Positions 40,958-51,188 of a stretch of DNA of 64,000 nucleotides are shown one piece after another (the stretch's first letter is position 1; every line of letters begins with the position of its first letter). Where the stretch lies: the NCBI GenBank assembly GCA_000092065.1, contig CP000588.1, one strand, 5' to 3'. Source of the DNA: Ostreococcus lucimarinus. Lineage: Eukaryota. The notes under the pieces are model-generated. The model saw only the letters and a program-made list of their open reading frames with translations, was not told the DNA's origin and searched no databases. A program made the translations under genes and the position numbers.

Positions 40958-42967
40958 ATGGCGTGGTCGTACCTCACCGGCGGTGCCGCGGCCGCGGCGC
41001 AGGAGCAACGATCGACGATCGACGCATCCGCGAGCGACATCGACCGCATGAAAGCCGAACTCGCGCTCAAGGATGAACAAATCAAGCACGAACAAGCGCG
41101 CGTGTTGGCGCTCGAGTTGCAGATTAAACTTCGCGAGCGCGACGAGCGCATCGAACGGCTCGAACGCGAGCTGAAAGAGAGCGCGGAGAAAGCGCCGAGG
41201 TCGTCGTCGCACGGGACGCCGCAGTCGTACCCGCGCGCCTTCGCGTCGACCGCGCGCCCGCAAAACCGCGAGTCGGGAGGGACGAAACGCACGAGAGACT
41301 CGCGTGATTACGCTTCAACCTCCTCGGACGACAAAGGTGACGACGACGGCGACGACGCGACGCGCTCGAGTCCAAACCATGCCGTAAAAACGAAGACGTG
41401 TACCCCGTGGACGGTCGCGGAGGAGAATTTCGTCATGAACTACTTCGCTGGCGTCTGGGGCGGTAGTGCTGCGTCGCTCTTCCGGAACCGGGACTTTCTC
41501 GAGCGATTGCGAGCCGTGAGTGGGAACAAAAGGACGAAGGGAGCGCTTGCGGCGAAGTGGTTTAAGGGTGGCCTCAGAAACGAACTCAAACGCAAAGCTG
41601 AAAAGTGCTTGCTGTACACGGAGGAGGAGGGATTGAGGATACCTTGCTGGAGTAAGGAGGAGGAAGATTTCTTCATGAAGCATTTGAAGAAAAGTGGTTA
41701 CCAAGTGAGCGAAGGAAGGTTCATCCATAATTACCTGACTCAAGATTTCCTCGAGCGTCTGGCTAAAATGAACGGGGGCATCAAACGAACTCAAAAGGAC
41801 GCTTACAACAGGTTTTACAACACAACTTTTGAAAAGTACAAGAAGAAATTACAAGCGACGGAGAAGGCGAGACAGGAAAACGGGGCGCTAACAAAGAAGC
41901 GAGAGAAGAAACTCATCGAGAGTCGACCGACTGTGACCAATGCCGACGGTCAAATCACGGCAAATGGCCGTATCAAGCTTCAGAAGACGACCACGGCGAA
42001 GACCGGACCAAACGGTGAGATCATCCTGGTGCCGATTCCCGGCGTCAAGTTTTGCCATCGTTGCAAGCGCACGAACAGGGAGGGCATGGATTTCCATGAG
42101 CATAACTTCTCGACATGTATCAAGTGTCATGACCGCGTAAAAGAAATCGAAGAAGCGCGAATCGCGGCCGGACTACCGCGCCGGGGAAAAGGTTCGAGCC
42201 CGCGCAACAAGCCCAAGGAAACCAAGTTGCCTCCGATCGGAGCAGACGGCAAGCGGGACTTGTTGGCGTACGAAAATAAAGAGAAATGGTCCGAAATGAT
42301 CAAGGCAGTCGTGGACGGTGACGTGCAAGTGTGTGCCGATGTCAGAGAAAAGTTGATCAAGGATAAGCAGCTCTATCGCAATGTCGTCGCGTGGGATAAA
42401 TCGATCTTCTCCACCGCGGCGTTTTCGAGCAAGAATCCGATTCGTGTCATCAGCTGGGCGCTAGCGAATGGGGCGTCGCGCGATGAAATCAACGAAGATG
42501 CGCTGAAATGCGCTGTTGAGCGTAAACCGCACGATACGAACGAGCCCACCGACGGGTGTGCGTACGTCCCGGCGGTCAAGGTTTTGAAACACTTGCACAA
42601 GAGTGGGTTTCCGGCGACGGAGGATGTTATACACACGGCGTGCGCGTTCGGCGACGTCGATTGCGTGAGGTACTTGAAGGAGAACTATGAATGCTGCGAT
42701 TTTGAGAATATCTGGCGTGATTTCAAGAGATCTGACGGCGAAAACAATGACATCATGATCGTCGCCGCGCAGGAAGGTCACGTAGACGTTTTGAAGTACT
42801 TGTACGAAAACGACTGCGATTTTTCAGTGCAAGACGCAGAACACGCCATGCGAGTGGCCACGAGCCGCAAGCCTCGACGCGCTGATGGGTTCGAAAAAGT
42901 CAAGGAGTGGATGGAATCTACGGCCGAATGGCGAGAATCGCAGGCTGAGAAAGAAATAGAGGAATAG
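40958..42967 (+). CDS. nuclear protein with N-terminal coiled coil, two Myb/SANT-like repeats and C-terminal ankyrin repeats
   Basis: 669-aa ORF. The coiled coil is LALKDEQIKHEQARVLALELQIKLRER. The Myb/SANT-like segments are WTVAEENFVMNYFAGVWG and WSKEEEDFFMKHLKKSGY. The ankyrin-like repeats include IHTACAFGDVDCVRYL and IVAAQEGHVDVLKYL. Confidence 0.5.
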   Translation: MAWSYLTGGAAAAAQEQRSTIDASASDIDRMKAELALKDEQIKHEQARVLALELQIKLRERDERIERLERELKESAEKAPRSSSHGTPQSYPRAFASTARPQNRESGGTKRTRDSRDYASTSSDDKGDDDGDDATRSSPNHAVKTKTCTPWTVAEENFVMNYFAGVWGGSAASLFRNRDFLERLRAVSGNKRTKGALAAKWFKGGLRNELKRKAEKCLLYTEEEGLRIPCWSKEEEDFFMKHLKKSGYQVSEGRFIHNYLTQDFLERLAKMNGGIKRTQKDAYNRFYNTTFEKYKKKLQATEKARQENGALTKKREKKLIESRPTVTNADGQITANGRIKLQKTTTAKTGPNGEIILVPIPGVKFCHRCKRTNREGMDFHEHNFSTCIKCHDRVKEIEEARIAAGLPRRGKGSSPRNKPKETKLPPIGADGKRDLLAYENKEKWSEMIKAVVDGDVQVCADVREKLIKDKQLYRNVVAWDKSIFSTAAFSSKNPIRVISWALANGASRDEINEDALKCAVERKPHDTNEPTDGCAYVPAVKVLKHLHKSGFPATEDVIHTACAFGDVDCVRYLKENYECCDFENIWRDFKRSDGENNDIMIVAAQEGHVDVLKYLYENDCDFSVQDAEHAMRVATSRKPRRADGFEKVKEWMESTAEWRESQAEKEIEE

Positions 42968-43131
42968 TGTCGCGACGTAGCGGCGGAATGGCGAGCGCGT
43001 TGTAGAAATTGAACTGACCGATGATGTGATTGTTAACAAGTTTGTACCTTCGAGGCAAATCTCGTGCGAGCGAACGAGTGCGACGCGCCTCGACGCCATC
43101 GGGTGACTCGCGGACTCGATCAGACAGTGTG

Positions 43132-44400
43132 ATGTGGTCAGAAGCTGACGATTACGGAGGAATCGCGACGAGTTTGGAGCCGGAATTGAGGACGTACGTC
43201 GACGAGGAGCTCTTCGGCGGCCTCGACGATGTCGTCAATCCAAGGGATACTTCTGTGATAGGCGTGAATGGAATGAACATGAGCGATGACTCGAGTGCTT
43301 TGAACTTTCCATTCGACTTTGGAATGCTCGATAACACGAATACGGACGCTTTGCAGGCTGACTTTGATCATTTATTCCATGGGCTTCCTGAGCTCGACCT
43401 CGAGACGCCGAAGCGGCGACAGGCGCCGTCTAGACGGAGCTCTCGCCCGAACGTGGCGAAGGTTGAAAAACGAAACGTAAGAAGTACTAGTGACGCTAGA
43501 GGCGTTACGCATCATTGCCGCACGGGACGCTACGAAGCACACATCTGGGACGCGGGCAAGCAGGTCTATCTCGGCGGTTTCGATAGCGAGGAACAAGCGG
43601 CCATCGCGTACGACGTAATCGCTGTCAAATGTCGAGGCATGAAAGCACAAACCAATTTCGATCTTCGTAATTATGCGAATGAGTTGAACGCGCTGGAGAG
43701 TATTTCGAAGGAAGACTTAGTGTTGAGTCTGCGGCGTCAGAGCAAAGGATTTTCAAAAGGTTCGTCGAAGTTCAGGGGCGTGACTAAACACGCCAAGGGG
43801 AAATTTGAGGCGAGAATTGGCCAGATGATAGGCAAGAAGTACAGATATTTGGGACTTTATGATACCGAAGTAGAGGCGGCGGTGGCGTACGACGTGGCGT
43901 GTGTGGCAGATCGCGGTTTGAGCGCCGTGACGAATTTTGACATCTCATCGTATTCTGAAATCATCGCGGAACATTACCAGCAGCAGGCTCAATCCGAGCA
44001 GGCTCAATCAAGGCCAGGCTCGAAGCGTAAATTCGTCGATTCTCCCAAGGTGTCAGAGGCGGAATTCCGAGCCGAATTCGCGAACAAGCACGCTCATTTA
44101 CTGAAAAACGGCGAGTTAGCGCCCGGAGCCGCCATCGCGCGCGATCCTAGCGCCGAAGCCGTCGACGTCGTGAGAAACTTTTTCGCCGCCGAAGCGCGTA
44201 TTCACGATAAAAGCAACGACGATTCAGCGGATTGCGAACGACGCTTACGCATCGCCGAGGTAGAAGACAACGAACGAGCTCGCGTGGAGATCGATGAGCT
44301 TCAAGCTGTCGTGGACAGCGCGCAAAGGCAACTTCGAGAATCGCAAGCGCGGCTTCGCGAGGCTCGCCGCGCGAAACGCGGAAATCCGGGGAGGAGTTGA
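43132..44400 (+). CDS. AP2-family transcription factor with two AP2 domains
   Basis: The first AP2 domain is GVTHHCRTGRYEAHIWD…YLGGFDSEEQAAIAYDVIAVKCRG. The second is SKFRGVTKHAKGKFEARIGQ…YRYLGLYDTEVEAAVAYDVACVADRG. The protein ends in a C-terminal coiled coil. ATG is at 43132 within track ORF 43030–44400. Confidence 0.8.
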   Translation: MWSEADDYGGIATSLEPELRTYVDEELFGGLDDVVNPRDTSVIGVNGMNMSDDSSALNFPFDFGMLDNTNTDALQADFDHLFHGLPELDLETPKRRQAPSRRSSRPNVAKVEKRNVRSTSDARGVTHHCRTGRYEAHIWDAGKQVYLGGFDSEEQAAIAYDVIAVKCRGMKAQTNFDLRNYANELNALESISKEDLVLSLRRQSKGFSKGSSKFRGVTKHAKGKFEARIGQMIGKKYRYLGLYDTEVEAAVAYDVACVADRGLSAVTNFDISSYSEIIAEHYQQQAQSEQAQSRPGSKRKFVDSPKVSEAEFRAEFANKHAHLLKNGELAPGAAIARDPSAEAVDVVRNFFAAEARIHDKSNDDSADCERRLRIAEVEDNERARVEIDELQAVVDSAQRQLRESQARLREARRAKRGNPGRS

Positions 44401-44493
44401 GGCGAGCGTATTCATGTGTACTCAATAAGAGATGTAATATTATCAAAGCCGCCAATTTATACGCCGAATTCGGCGCTAAACACTTCGTCGCGC

Positions 44494-45051
44494 TTACTTG
44501 CCCGCACTTTGCTTCGCGATGCGCGCGAAAGTTTGGAAAGAGACCGCTTGCACGGCGAGGAGAGGGGAGAAGAGAACGAGCAGGGTGAGAGCCAAGTTAG
44601 GGCCAGCACCGGATTCCTTCTTCGCCTTCGGCGCGGGCGCTTCCTTGGCCGCGGGCGCCTTGGCGTCCGTCTTCTTCGCCGTGCTGAAGGACGGCAACGA
44701 AATGGACGGCGCGCTGAAGCTCGGCAAGGACGGCGCGCTGAAGCTCGGCGCCTTCGGCATCGAAGGAGACGCGAGTTGCTTCGTCTTCTTCGGCGCAGCC
44801 GGCGTGGACTTGGTTTGTTGCTCGGCGAACAAATCGCTCGCGAGCGACTTTGTGTCGCCCTTGGCGACCTGAGCCACCTCGACCGCGGCGTTCGCCAACG
44901 GGCTCGCCATGACCGTCATCGCGAGCACCGCCGCGCACGCTTGTTCCTTAGCGTTCGCGCGAACGACCGCGGCGTCGCGGCGTTCCGTCTTGTTTTGTCT
45001 CGCGGACGCGCGCGCGGTCACCGTCGAGGTCGTGGAGACTCGAGCGATCAT
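44494..45051 (-). CDS. hypothetical single-pass membrane protein (transit-peptide-like N-terminus, A/K/P/S-rich spacer, C-terminal TM)
   Basis: 185-aa ORF with the repeats SFSAPSLPSFSAPSISLPSFS and the TM LALTLLVLFSPLLAVQAV. The overlapping plus-strand ORF 44416–45177 is an Arg-rich artefact. It may be a small thylakoid or envelope protein, but I cannot assign it. Confidence 0.4.
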   Translation of the reverse strand: MIARVSTTSTVTARASARQNKTERRDAAVVRANAKEQACAAVLAMTVMASPLANAAVEVAQVAKGDTKSLASDLFAEQQTKSTPAAPKKTKQLASPSMPKAPSFSAPSLPSFSAPSISLPSFSTAKKTDAKAPAAKEAPAPKAKKESGAGPNLALTLLVLFSPLLAVQAVSFQTFARIAKQSAGK

Positions 45052-45485
45052 GTCGATGGGTATCTAGTCGTCTCCGCGTCTGTGTGCGTCGTCGAGCGTC
45101 GTGCGTCGCGTGGATTCGCGAGGCGTAAAGTCTTCCGTGCGTTCGTGCGTGGCGCGTCGCGGAGGACGGTGCGCTGAAATGTGCCGCGCGCGCGCGCGCG
45201 AGCGATCGTCCCGCGAGGGCGCGATCGGAGCGTCGCAAAGCGTCACTACTGTTTACCCATACGACGCACGCGGATAACGTCGCGCCCTCACGACCCGCCC
45301 TAAACCCCAGCCCTAACCGTAACGCGCGATCCAGGTTTTCCCAGGGATGGAAAATTTAAATTTTCCAAATCCGAGGCGCGAGGCGCGACGCGACGCGCGC
45401 GTCGTCGTCGTCGTCGTCGTCCCACGCGTCGCCCGCGTGTGTCGTCGTCACCGCGCGTCGCGCGCGCGACAAACGATCCGTCGCG

Positions 45486-46496
45486 ATGCACCGCGCGTCC
45501 CGCGCGTCGTCCATCGACGACGACACCGCGCAAACGCTCGGGCTGCTGCAAGGACAGTTGCGCGCGCAGGCGCGAGAAATCAGTCGACTGCAGCGCGAGG
45601 TTGTCGATTTGCACCGCGAGCGCGACGTGCTGGCGGGTAAGGTGCTGAAACCTTTGAACGAGCGCTTCGGAGATTGCGTCAAGGACTTGATTCGCGAGAC
45701 GACGTGGTTCAAGCTGAAGGCGGTGGAGGAGACGATCGATGTGAACACGTACGAGAGCACGACGCGGGCGGCGTTTGACTTGGCGGGGGCGAGGAGCATG
45801 ATGGAGGCGAGATTTCCCGATTTGAAGAGCGCGAAGATCACGACGCGAGAGGATATCGGGGCGTTTGGGATTGAGTTCAAATCGCGACCGTTCAAGGGAG
45901 AGTTGATGCAGTTCAAGGCGAGATTGAACTTGGAAAAATTACTCAACGTGGCCAAGGCGCCGACGCTGGCGCTCGCGCCGTCGCCGCCGTTTCCTTGGAA
46001 CGGTAAGACGAAGTGGAATCCGGCGTTGGAATCGAAGATGGACATCGATGGGGTGTCGATTAACGCCAAGTACACCATGGTGCACGACTCGGTGAGCATG
46101 GACCATTTGGACTTTGACGTCAGCACGACGCACGAGGAGTACGGCGACTTGCGCGTGCAGAGAGTCAGTCAGCACACCGCGGCGGACGATCAGCTCGACA
46201 TCAAACCGGGAGGGTGCTGGCGCGCGGGCTGGGCGCAGCGTAAGGGTGATTTTGATTTAGCGGCAAACTTCATGACGGATAAAGGGGTAGAGTTGGAGTT
46301 GAGCGCCCGACGGCAGTTCGCCAAGCACTTTAGCGCCAAGGCGCTGACCCGCGTCGCCGCTCGCGAGATGGAATTCCAAGTCGGCTACGAGTTCACGGAA
46401 GAGCTCAAGGGATGGGAAGTCGTGGCTAAATCCGTGCTCACTACGCAAGGTTTGCAAAACCCGACATTCCAACTTAACCACGCGTGGGAGTTTTAA
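45486..46496 (+). CDS. hypothetical protein (N-terminal coiled coil; alternating hydrophobic C-terminal half ending in …AWEF)
   Basis: 336-aa ORF with no recognisable catalytic motif. The C-terminal strands and the terminal aromatic residue are compatible with a beta-barrel, but this is a weak indication. Confidence 0.4.
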   Translation: MHRASRASSIDDDTAQTLGLLQGQLRAQAREISRLQREVVDLHRERDVLAGKVLKPLNERFGDCVKDLIRETTWFKLKAVEETIDVNTYESTTRAAFDLAGARSMMEARFPDLKSAKITTREDIGAFGIEFKSRPFKGELMQFKARLNLEKLLNVAKAPTLALAPSPPFPWNGKTKWNPALESKMDIDGVSINAKYTMVHDSVSMDHLDFDVSTTHEEYGDLRVQRVSQHTAADDQLDIKPGGCWRAGWAQRKGDFDLAANFMTDKGVELELSARRQFAKHFSAKALTRVAAREMEFQVGYEFTEELKGWEVVAKSVLTTQGLQNPTFQLNHAWEF

Positions 46497-46539
46497 TACA
46501 TGTATCGCGCACTCGGTTTGTTACAAACAATAAATCTCG

Positions 46540-48075
46540 CTAGTTGCTTCCGGGCGTGCCTTGCGTGAAGCCCTTGCCTCGCCCACGACCGCCGCTTCGA
46601 CCGCCGCTTCGACCGCCGCCTCGCGCCTCGTCGCCGCGTGCATCATCGCCTCGCCCCCGTCCGCCTCGCCCACGCCCACCTCGACCGCTGGGCCCGCCAC
46701 GACCGCCCTGCGCGCCTCGACCGCCTCGACCGCCTCGACCGCCACGACCGGCAGCCGGCACTGCCTTCGACGCTGGCGTGTACTTCTTCGAAGCTTTTTG
46801 TCCGGGTTTCCACTCACCACCGTAAAACTCTGTCTTTTTACTTGAACTTCCGGCGAAACTGTCGTCGTCCCCAACGTCGCCCTCGCCGTACTCGCCATCT
46901 GATTCACTCTCGACGTCGTCGTCGTCGTCGTATTCTTCGCCACTGGGATCGTCAAGCGCCATACCGTAAATTTCGCGAGCAATCTCCGTGACGCCTGCAC
47001 CCGTGGATGTTGACGCCATGAGCACCATGGTGCGAGCACGCTTGGTGTAACGAAGCTCTTCTTGAATCAAGTACGCGCGACGCGCCAACTCATTCGGGTT
47101 GACGTAGTCGCATTTGTTCAGAATCACTCCGCACTGCGTCTCGCCGTACTTGGACAAAAATGCCAACATTTCTCTGTCCGATGCTTTCATTCCGTGGCGA
47201 GCGTCGATGACCAAGTATACGCGCTTTAAGTTCGGGCGCGAAGTGAGATACTTGTCCATCAGTTCGTTCCACGACTCTACGCGGTGTTGCTTGGCGAACG
47301 CGAACCCGTACCCGGGTAAATCGACGAGACGAATGCGCTCGTCCATGGAATAAAAGTTCAAGCTCTGCGTCTTTCCCGGAACATCGCTCGAGCGCGCCAC
47401 TGAGCTCAGCGTCAATGCGTTAATCAACGAGCTCTTCCCCACGTTCGATCGTCCCGCGAACGCAATCTCTGGGACGTCGTCTTTGATCTTACTCGCGCCT
47501 TTGCCCACGGCGTGCTTCGGCGGCTCCTCCCCCTCTCGCGCCGCGGCTGCAATAAACTTCGCCGTTCGCTTCGATCTTCCAAAACCAAGCAAACGTTGCG
47601 TTTTCACCTCTAACATCCCCACGTCGTACATCGCGTAACGCTGCGTAACTTCGCTGATTTCGTTCCTATTCCGCAGCACGCGCGTCGTCCTTCCCGCCGT
47701 CGACGCGTTCGTCGACAAGCTATACTTTTTAATCCTCCCCATAATGCCGTGATCGATCGGTAACGCGCGAAACTTGGCTCGATTACTCATCGTCCCATCC
47801 GTGTCCCCGCTCAACGTGTCCAGTAAGCGTTCGATTTTCAATCCGCCCTCGGGAATCGTCGACCGCAGCGGCGGCGCGTCGTCGGTGGCGTCGGCCCGTT
47901 CGCCATCCTCTCCGGCCGGCGTCGGCGGCGTCCCATTCGCCGCCAGCGCTCGCGCGCTTCGACGCGTTGCGTGCGCGCGCGACGCGCACGCCCACCGTCC
48001 ATCCCTCGGCGTCCATCGTCCTCGCGCGAGCGCCGTCACCGTCGAGGCGGCGGCGGCCGCGCAGCCCATTCGCAT
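46540..48075 (-). CDS. engB: EngB/YihA-type GTP-binding protein with acidic region and C-terminal RGG/GAR tail
   Basis: The G-domain is IAFAGRSNVGKSSLINAL (G1), DLPGYG (G3) and NKCD (G4). The acidic stretch EEYDDDDDVESESDGEYGEGD is followed by (GRGG)n. The likely ATG at ~48075 (MRMGCAAAA) leaves room for a targeting-like N-terminus. The upstream part of the track ORF is low-complexity. Confidence 0.75.
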   Translation of the reverse strand: MRMGCAAAAASTVTALARGRWTPRDGRWACASRAHATRRSARALAANGTPPTPAGEDGERADATDDAPPLRSTIPEGGLKIERLLDTLSGDTDGTMSNRAKFRALPIDHGIMGRIKKYSLSTNASTAGRTTRVLRNRNEISEVTQRYAMYDVGMLEVKTQRLLGFGRSKRTAKFIAAAAREGEEPPKHAVGKGASKIKDDVPEIAFAGRSNVGKSSLINALTLSSVARSSDVPGKTQSLNFYSMDERIRLVDLPGYGFAFAKQHRVESWNELMDKYLTSRPNLKRVYLVIDARHGMKASDREMLAFLSKYGETQCGVILNKCDYVNPNELARRAYLIQEELRYTKRARTMVLMASTSTGAGVTEIAREIYGMALDDPSGEEYDDDDDVESESDGEYGEGDVGDDDSFAGSSSKKTEFYGGEWKPGQKASKKYTPASKAVPAAGRGGRGGRGGRGAQGGRGGPSGRGGRGRGGRGRGDDARGDEARGGGRSGGRSGGRGRGKGFTQGTPGSN

Positions 48076-48296
48076 CGTCGCCTCGCGCGTCCCTTGGACG
48101 CACGCCCGCGCGAAGCGCAGGCGCAGGCGCGATGTGATTATGGTCAACGCGCGCGTCGAGCGCCGATGCCGCGCGACGCGCGAGCGCAAGACGTCGCGGC
48201 GTCGCGGTGTGAGACCGGCGAATAAAACCGACAAATCGCAACGCCTCCCGTCACACCGCCCACCGACCCCGAGCCGCTTTCGCGTCCCCGGCGGCG

Positions 48297-48300
48297 GTGA

Positions 48301-48338
<38 letters not shown>

Positions 48339-49550
48339 ATCGATCGCGTCGCCGCTTCGTCGTCGCGCGCGGCGAGTCGGAGACGTTCTTCGACTTCGAC
48401 ACCGAAAAGCGCGACAGCGCGCAGCCGGACGACGGTGCGACGCGCGACGACGAGCGATGACGACGTTGCGGACGACGCGTCGACGAGCGAGCGCGCGCGG
48501 GTCGAGCGATGGCGCGCGCGGGCGCGAACGATGCGGGCGAAAATACTGAAAGGATACTTGGCGAGGCTGGGCGCGCGGAGCGACGACTGCCTGGAGAAGG
48601 ACGAACTCGTCGATCGCTTGGCGGAAACGTGGATGACGAAGTGCGAAAATTTTGCAATCACGGTGCCACTGCGACAGCTCGGGAACATTGGTGGGAACCC
48701 ACGGTCGGGGTACGCGCTGGTGACGTTGGACGTCGGCGGCGACATCGGGTTGTGCGATTTCGTCATCGACACGGGCGCGACGACGGCGTTGATCACGCCC
48801 AAGGCGCTCGACATGTTGGACAAAGACCAAGTGAAAGAGGGCGCCGCGGTTCGGGGGTTGACCGGGACCGGGGAGACGTTGCGACAAAAAGTTTCCATCT
48901 CGGAGGTGCGGTTGGGGAGCAAGGAGTTCGTCCTCGACGCCGTCGTCACCGATTTAACCGCCGTCGGCTTGCCGGCGACGATCGGTGGTTTACTCGGTCT
49001 CGATTGGCTCGGAAACTTTGAGGTAGAGTTCGACTTTGAACAGTCGGTGATTACGTTTTGGCCGCCGGGCAGCGTGAAGAACGGCGCCGTGGCGGTCGAA
49101 GATCTCGTGCGCGTCCGGTTGAACCAGCATCCCGTGGGGTTGAAAACGGTGCGTTGTTCACTGAATGGCGCCGAGCTCGACGCCATCGTAGACATGGGTT
49201 CGTTCTTTAGCGTCGTGAATTGGATGGCGAGCACCACCGCAGGGATCGGTCCGGACTCTGACAAAGTCAAACGCGGCGGCTTGCAAGTCACGGGTGTCGA
49301 CGGCAAAAGCATGGCTATGGCGATGGCGCCGTACGATTTGCGCGTGCTCGGTGACGGCGAAGAAGATTTGACTTCCACCTACCAAGGAATGTGTTGCATC
49401 GGTGACTTACCCGCGTTCGCGGCGCTTGGTGCGAGCGTATCGCCATTCATGGCGTTGGGTCTCGACGTCATCGGGCGCGGTCGAATGGTCTTCAACGCCA
49501 AAGACAACGCGATGTACTTGTCTAAGGGCGACGTCACGTACGGTGTGTGA
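48297..49550 (+). CDS. retropepsin-like aspartic protease (single DTGA active-site motif) with SAP-like N-terminal segment
   Basis: 417-aa ORF. The N-terminal MMATTTTTTTTTTR is encoded by an (ACG)n run. The SAP-like segment is MRAKILKGYLARLGARSDDCLEKDELVDRLAE. The active-site motif is CDFVIDTGATTALITPKALD. Confidence 0.6.
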
Positions 49551-49605
49551 ACGAACACTTGACTACTAATGTTGGTACAAGTACTATTGTTATTAATCTT
49601 TCGCG

Positions 49606-50331
49606 CTACGTTGCAAGCAACGCCCGAACGGAGTCGTCGTCTTCGACCAAGTCCGACGGCGTCGCTCCGACGCTCGATTTTGCGCTCTTGTCCGCCCCGA
49701 GCTCGATCAAATATTTCACCACCTCCGCGTGTTCGCCGCGCGCGGCGTGATGTAACGGTGTTTCTTGGTCTTCGTCGACCTTCTTTAACAACGTCGCGAG
49801 CGTTCCCGCGTCTCGCGCGGCGTCACACAGCGCTCGCGCGACGTCGGCGTGCCCCGACGCGCACGCGTCGTGCAGCGGCGTCCCGAGCGATTCATCCGTC
49901 GCTAAAGGATCCGCGCCTCGACGCAACAACACCTCCACGTAAGCGACTTTGCCATACAGCGCGGCCAAGTGTAACGCTGTCTCTCCGTCGGCGTTCTTCG
50001 CGTTCGCCGGCTCGCCGTCGACCTCCAGCGCTCCCGCGAGCGTTTGCTCAAATGTCTCCGCGTCGAAATCGTCGCCGTCCTCGTCGCACGCGCGAAACAC
50101 GGCGCGCATGTGTTCGCTCATCGCACCGTCGTCGCCTCCGCCGTCGTCGTCGCCGTCCTCCAGGCGCAGCTGCTCGAGAATGCGTTTATATTCGTCGTCG
50201 CCGAGGTCGTCGTCGAGCGCCGCCGCGCCTTCCTCGCCCGCCATCGCGCGCAATCGCGCGCGCAGCGCCGCTTTCAACTCGCAAAGCCGCGCGAGCTCGT
50301 CGTCCTCGCCTTCGTCATCGTTCGCCGTCAT
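49606..50331 (-). CDS. ankyrin-repeat protein
   Basis: GETALHLAALYGKVAYVEVLLRRGADP, GTPLHDACASGHADVARAL and ETPLHHAARGEHAEVVKYLIELGAD are ankyrin repeats. ATG is at ~50331 (MTANDDEGEDDE). Confidence 0.6.
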   Translation of the reverse strand: MTANDDEGEDDELARLCELKAALRARLRAMAGEEGAAALDDDLGDDEYKRILEQLRLEDGDDDGGGDDGAMSEHMRAVFRACDEDGDDFDAETFEQTLAGALEVDGEPANAKNADGETALHLAALYGKVAYVEVLLRRGADPLATDESLGTPLHDACASGHADVARALCDAARDAGTLATLLKKVDEDQETPLHHAARGEHAEVVKYLIELGADKSAKSSVGATPSDLVEDDDSVRALLAT

Positions 50332-50387
50332 CGCGCGCGACTCGAACTGCCGACACAGCGTCACTCGCCGGCACGCTCGCGACGGCG

Positions 50388-51188
50388 ATGTCGTCCAACT
50401 TTGCGTTCGACGCCGCGGGAAAGGTTGTCGTCGTCACCGGTGGTGGTCGCGGCATCGGCGCGGGCATCGTCGACGCGTTCGCGCGACAACACGGCGCGAA
50501 GCGCGTGTACTCGGTGTCGAGGTCGACGGAGGACACCGTTTTGAAGCCTTCGACGGCGAGCGGGGGCGAGATCGTTGGCGTCTCGGCCGATTTGAGCACG
50601 CCCGATGGCGCGGCAAAAGTTGCGTCGACGATCGCCGCGCGCGGAGACGATCTCGTGCACGTGTTGGTGCATAACAGCGGCGCGAGTTGGGGAGCCGAGT
50701 TGGAAAGCCACGACGACAAAGGCTTCGTGAAGACGTACCAACTAAACGTCATGGGGACGTGGCGATTGACTGTTGCGCTCTTGCCCCATCTCATGAAAGC
50801 GGGCACACCGCAAGATCCCGCGCGCGTCATCGTCATAGGTTCCATAGCCGGCATCCGGCCGCAAAAGTATCCGACGTTTTCGTACGACGCGAGTAAAGCG
50901 GCTTTGCACCATCTGGCGCTCAAACTCGCGGACGAGTTCGCACGCAAGCGCGCTCTCGATATCACCGTGAATGTCGTCGCTCCTGGATACATACCCACCA
51001 AAATGAGCGCCGGTCTCACGAAATATGGTGAATCGAGCGACGACATCGTCGCCTCCAGCGTCCCGCTCCGCCGCGCGGGCGCGCCGGCGGACGTCGCGGG
51101 CGCCGTGGCGTTTCTCTCAAGCGACGCCGCGGCCTGGATCACGGGTGTGGTCTTGCCCGTCGACGGCGGTTTCCTCGCCAAGCTGTAG
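50388..51188 (+). CDS. short-chain dehydrogenase/reductase (SDR family)
   Basis: The motifs are VVVVTGGGRGIGAGI (TGxxxGxG), NSGAS (NNAG-like), the catalytic YDASKAA (YxxxK) and VNVVAPGYIPT. ATG is at 50388 (MSSNFAF). The gene shares a 56-bp promoter gap with the ankyrin gene. Confidence 0.8.
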   Translation: MSSNFAFDAAGKVVVVTGGGRGIGAGIVDAFARQHGAKRVYSVSRSTEDTVLKPSTASGGEIVGVSADLSTPDGAAKVASTIAARGDDLVHVLVHNSGASWGAELESHDDKGFVKTYQLNVMGTWRLTVALLPHLMKAGTPQDPARVIVIGSIAGIRPQKYPTFSYDASKAALHHLALKLADEFARKRALDITVNVVAPGYIPTKMSAGLTKYGESSDDIVASSVPLRRAGAPADVAGAVAFLSSDAAAWITGVVLPVDGGFLAKL

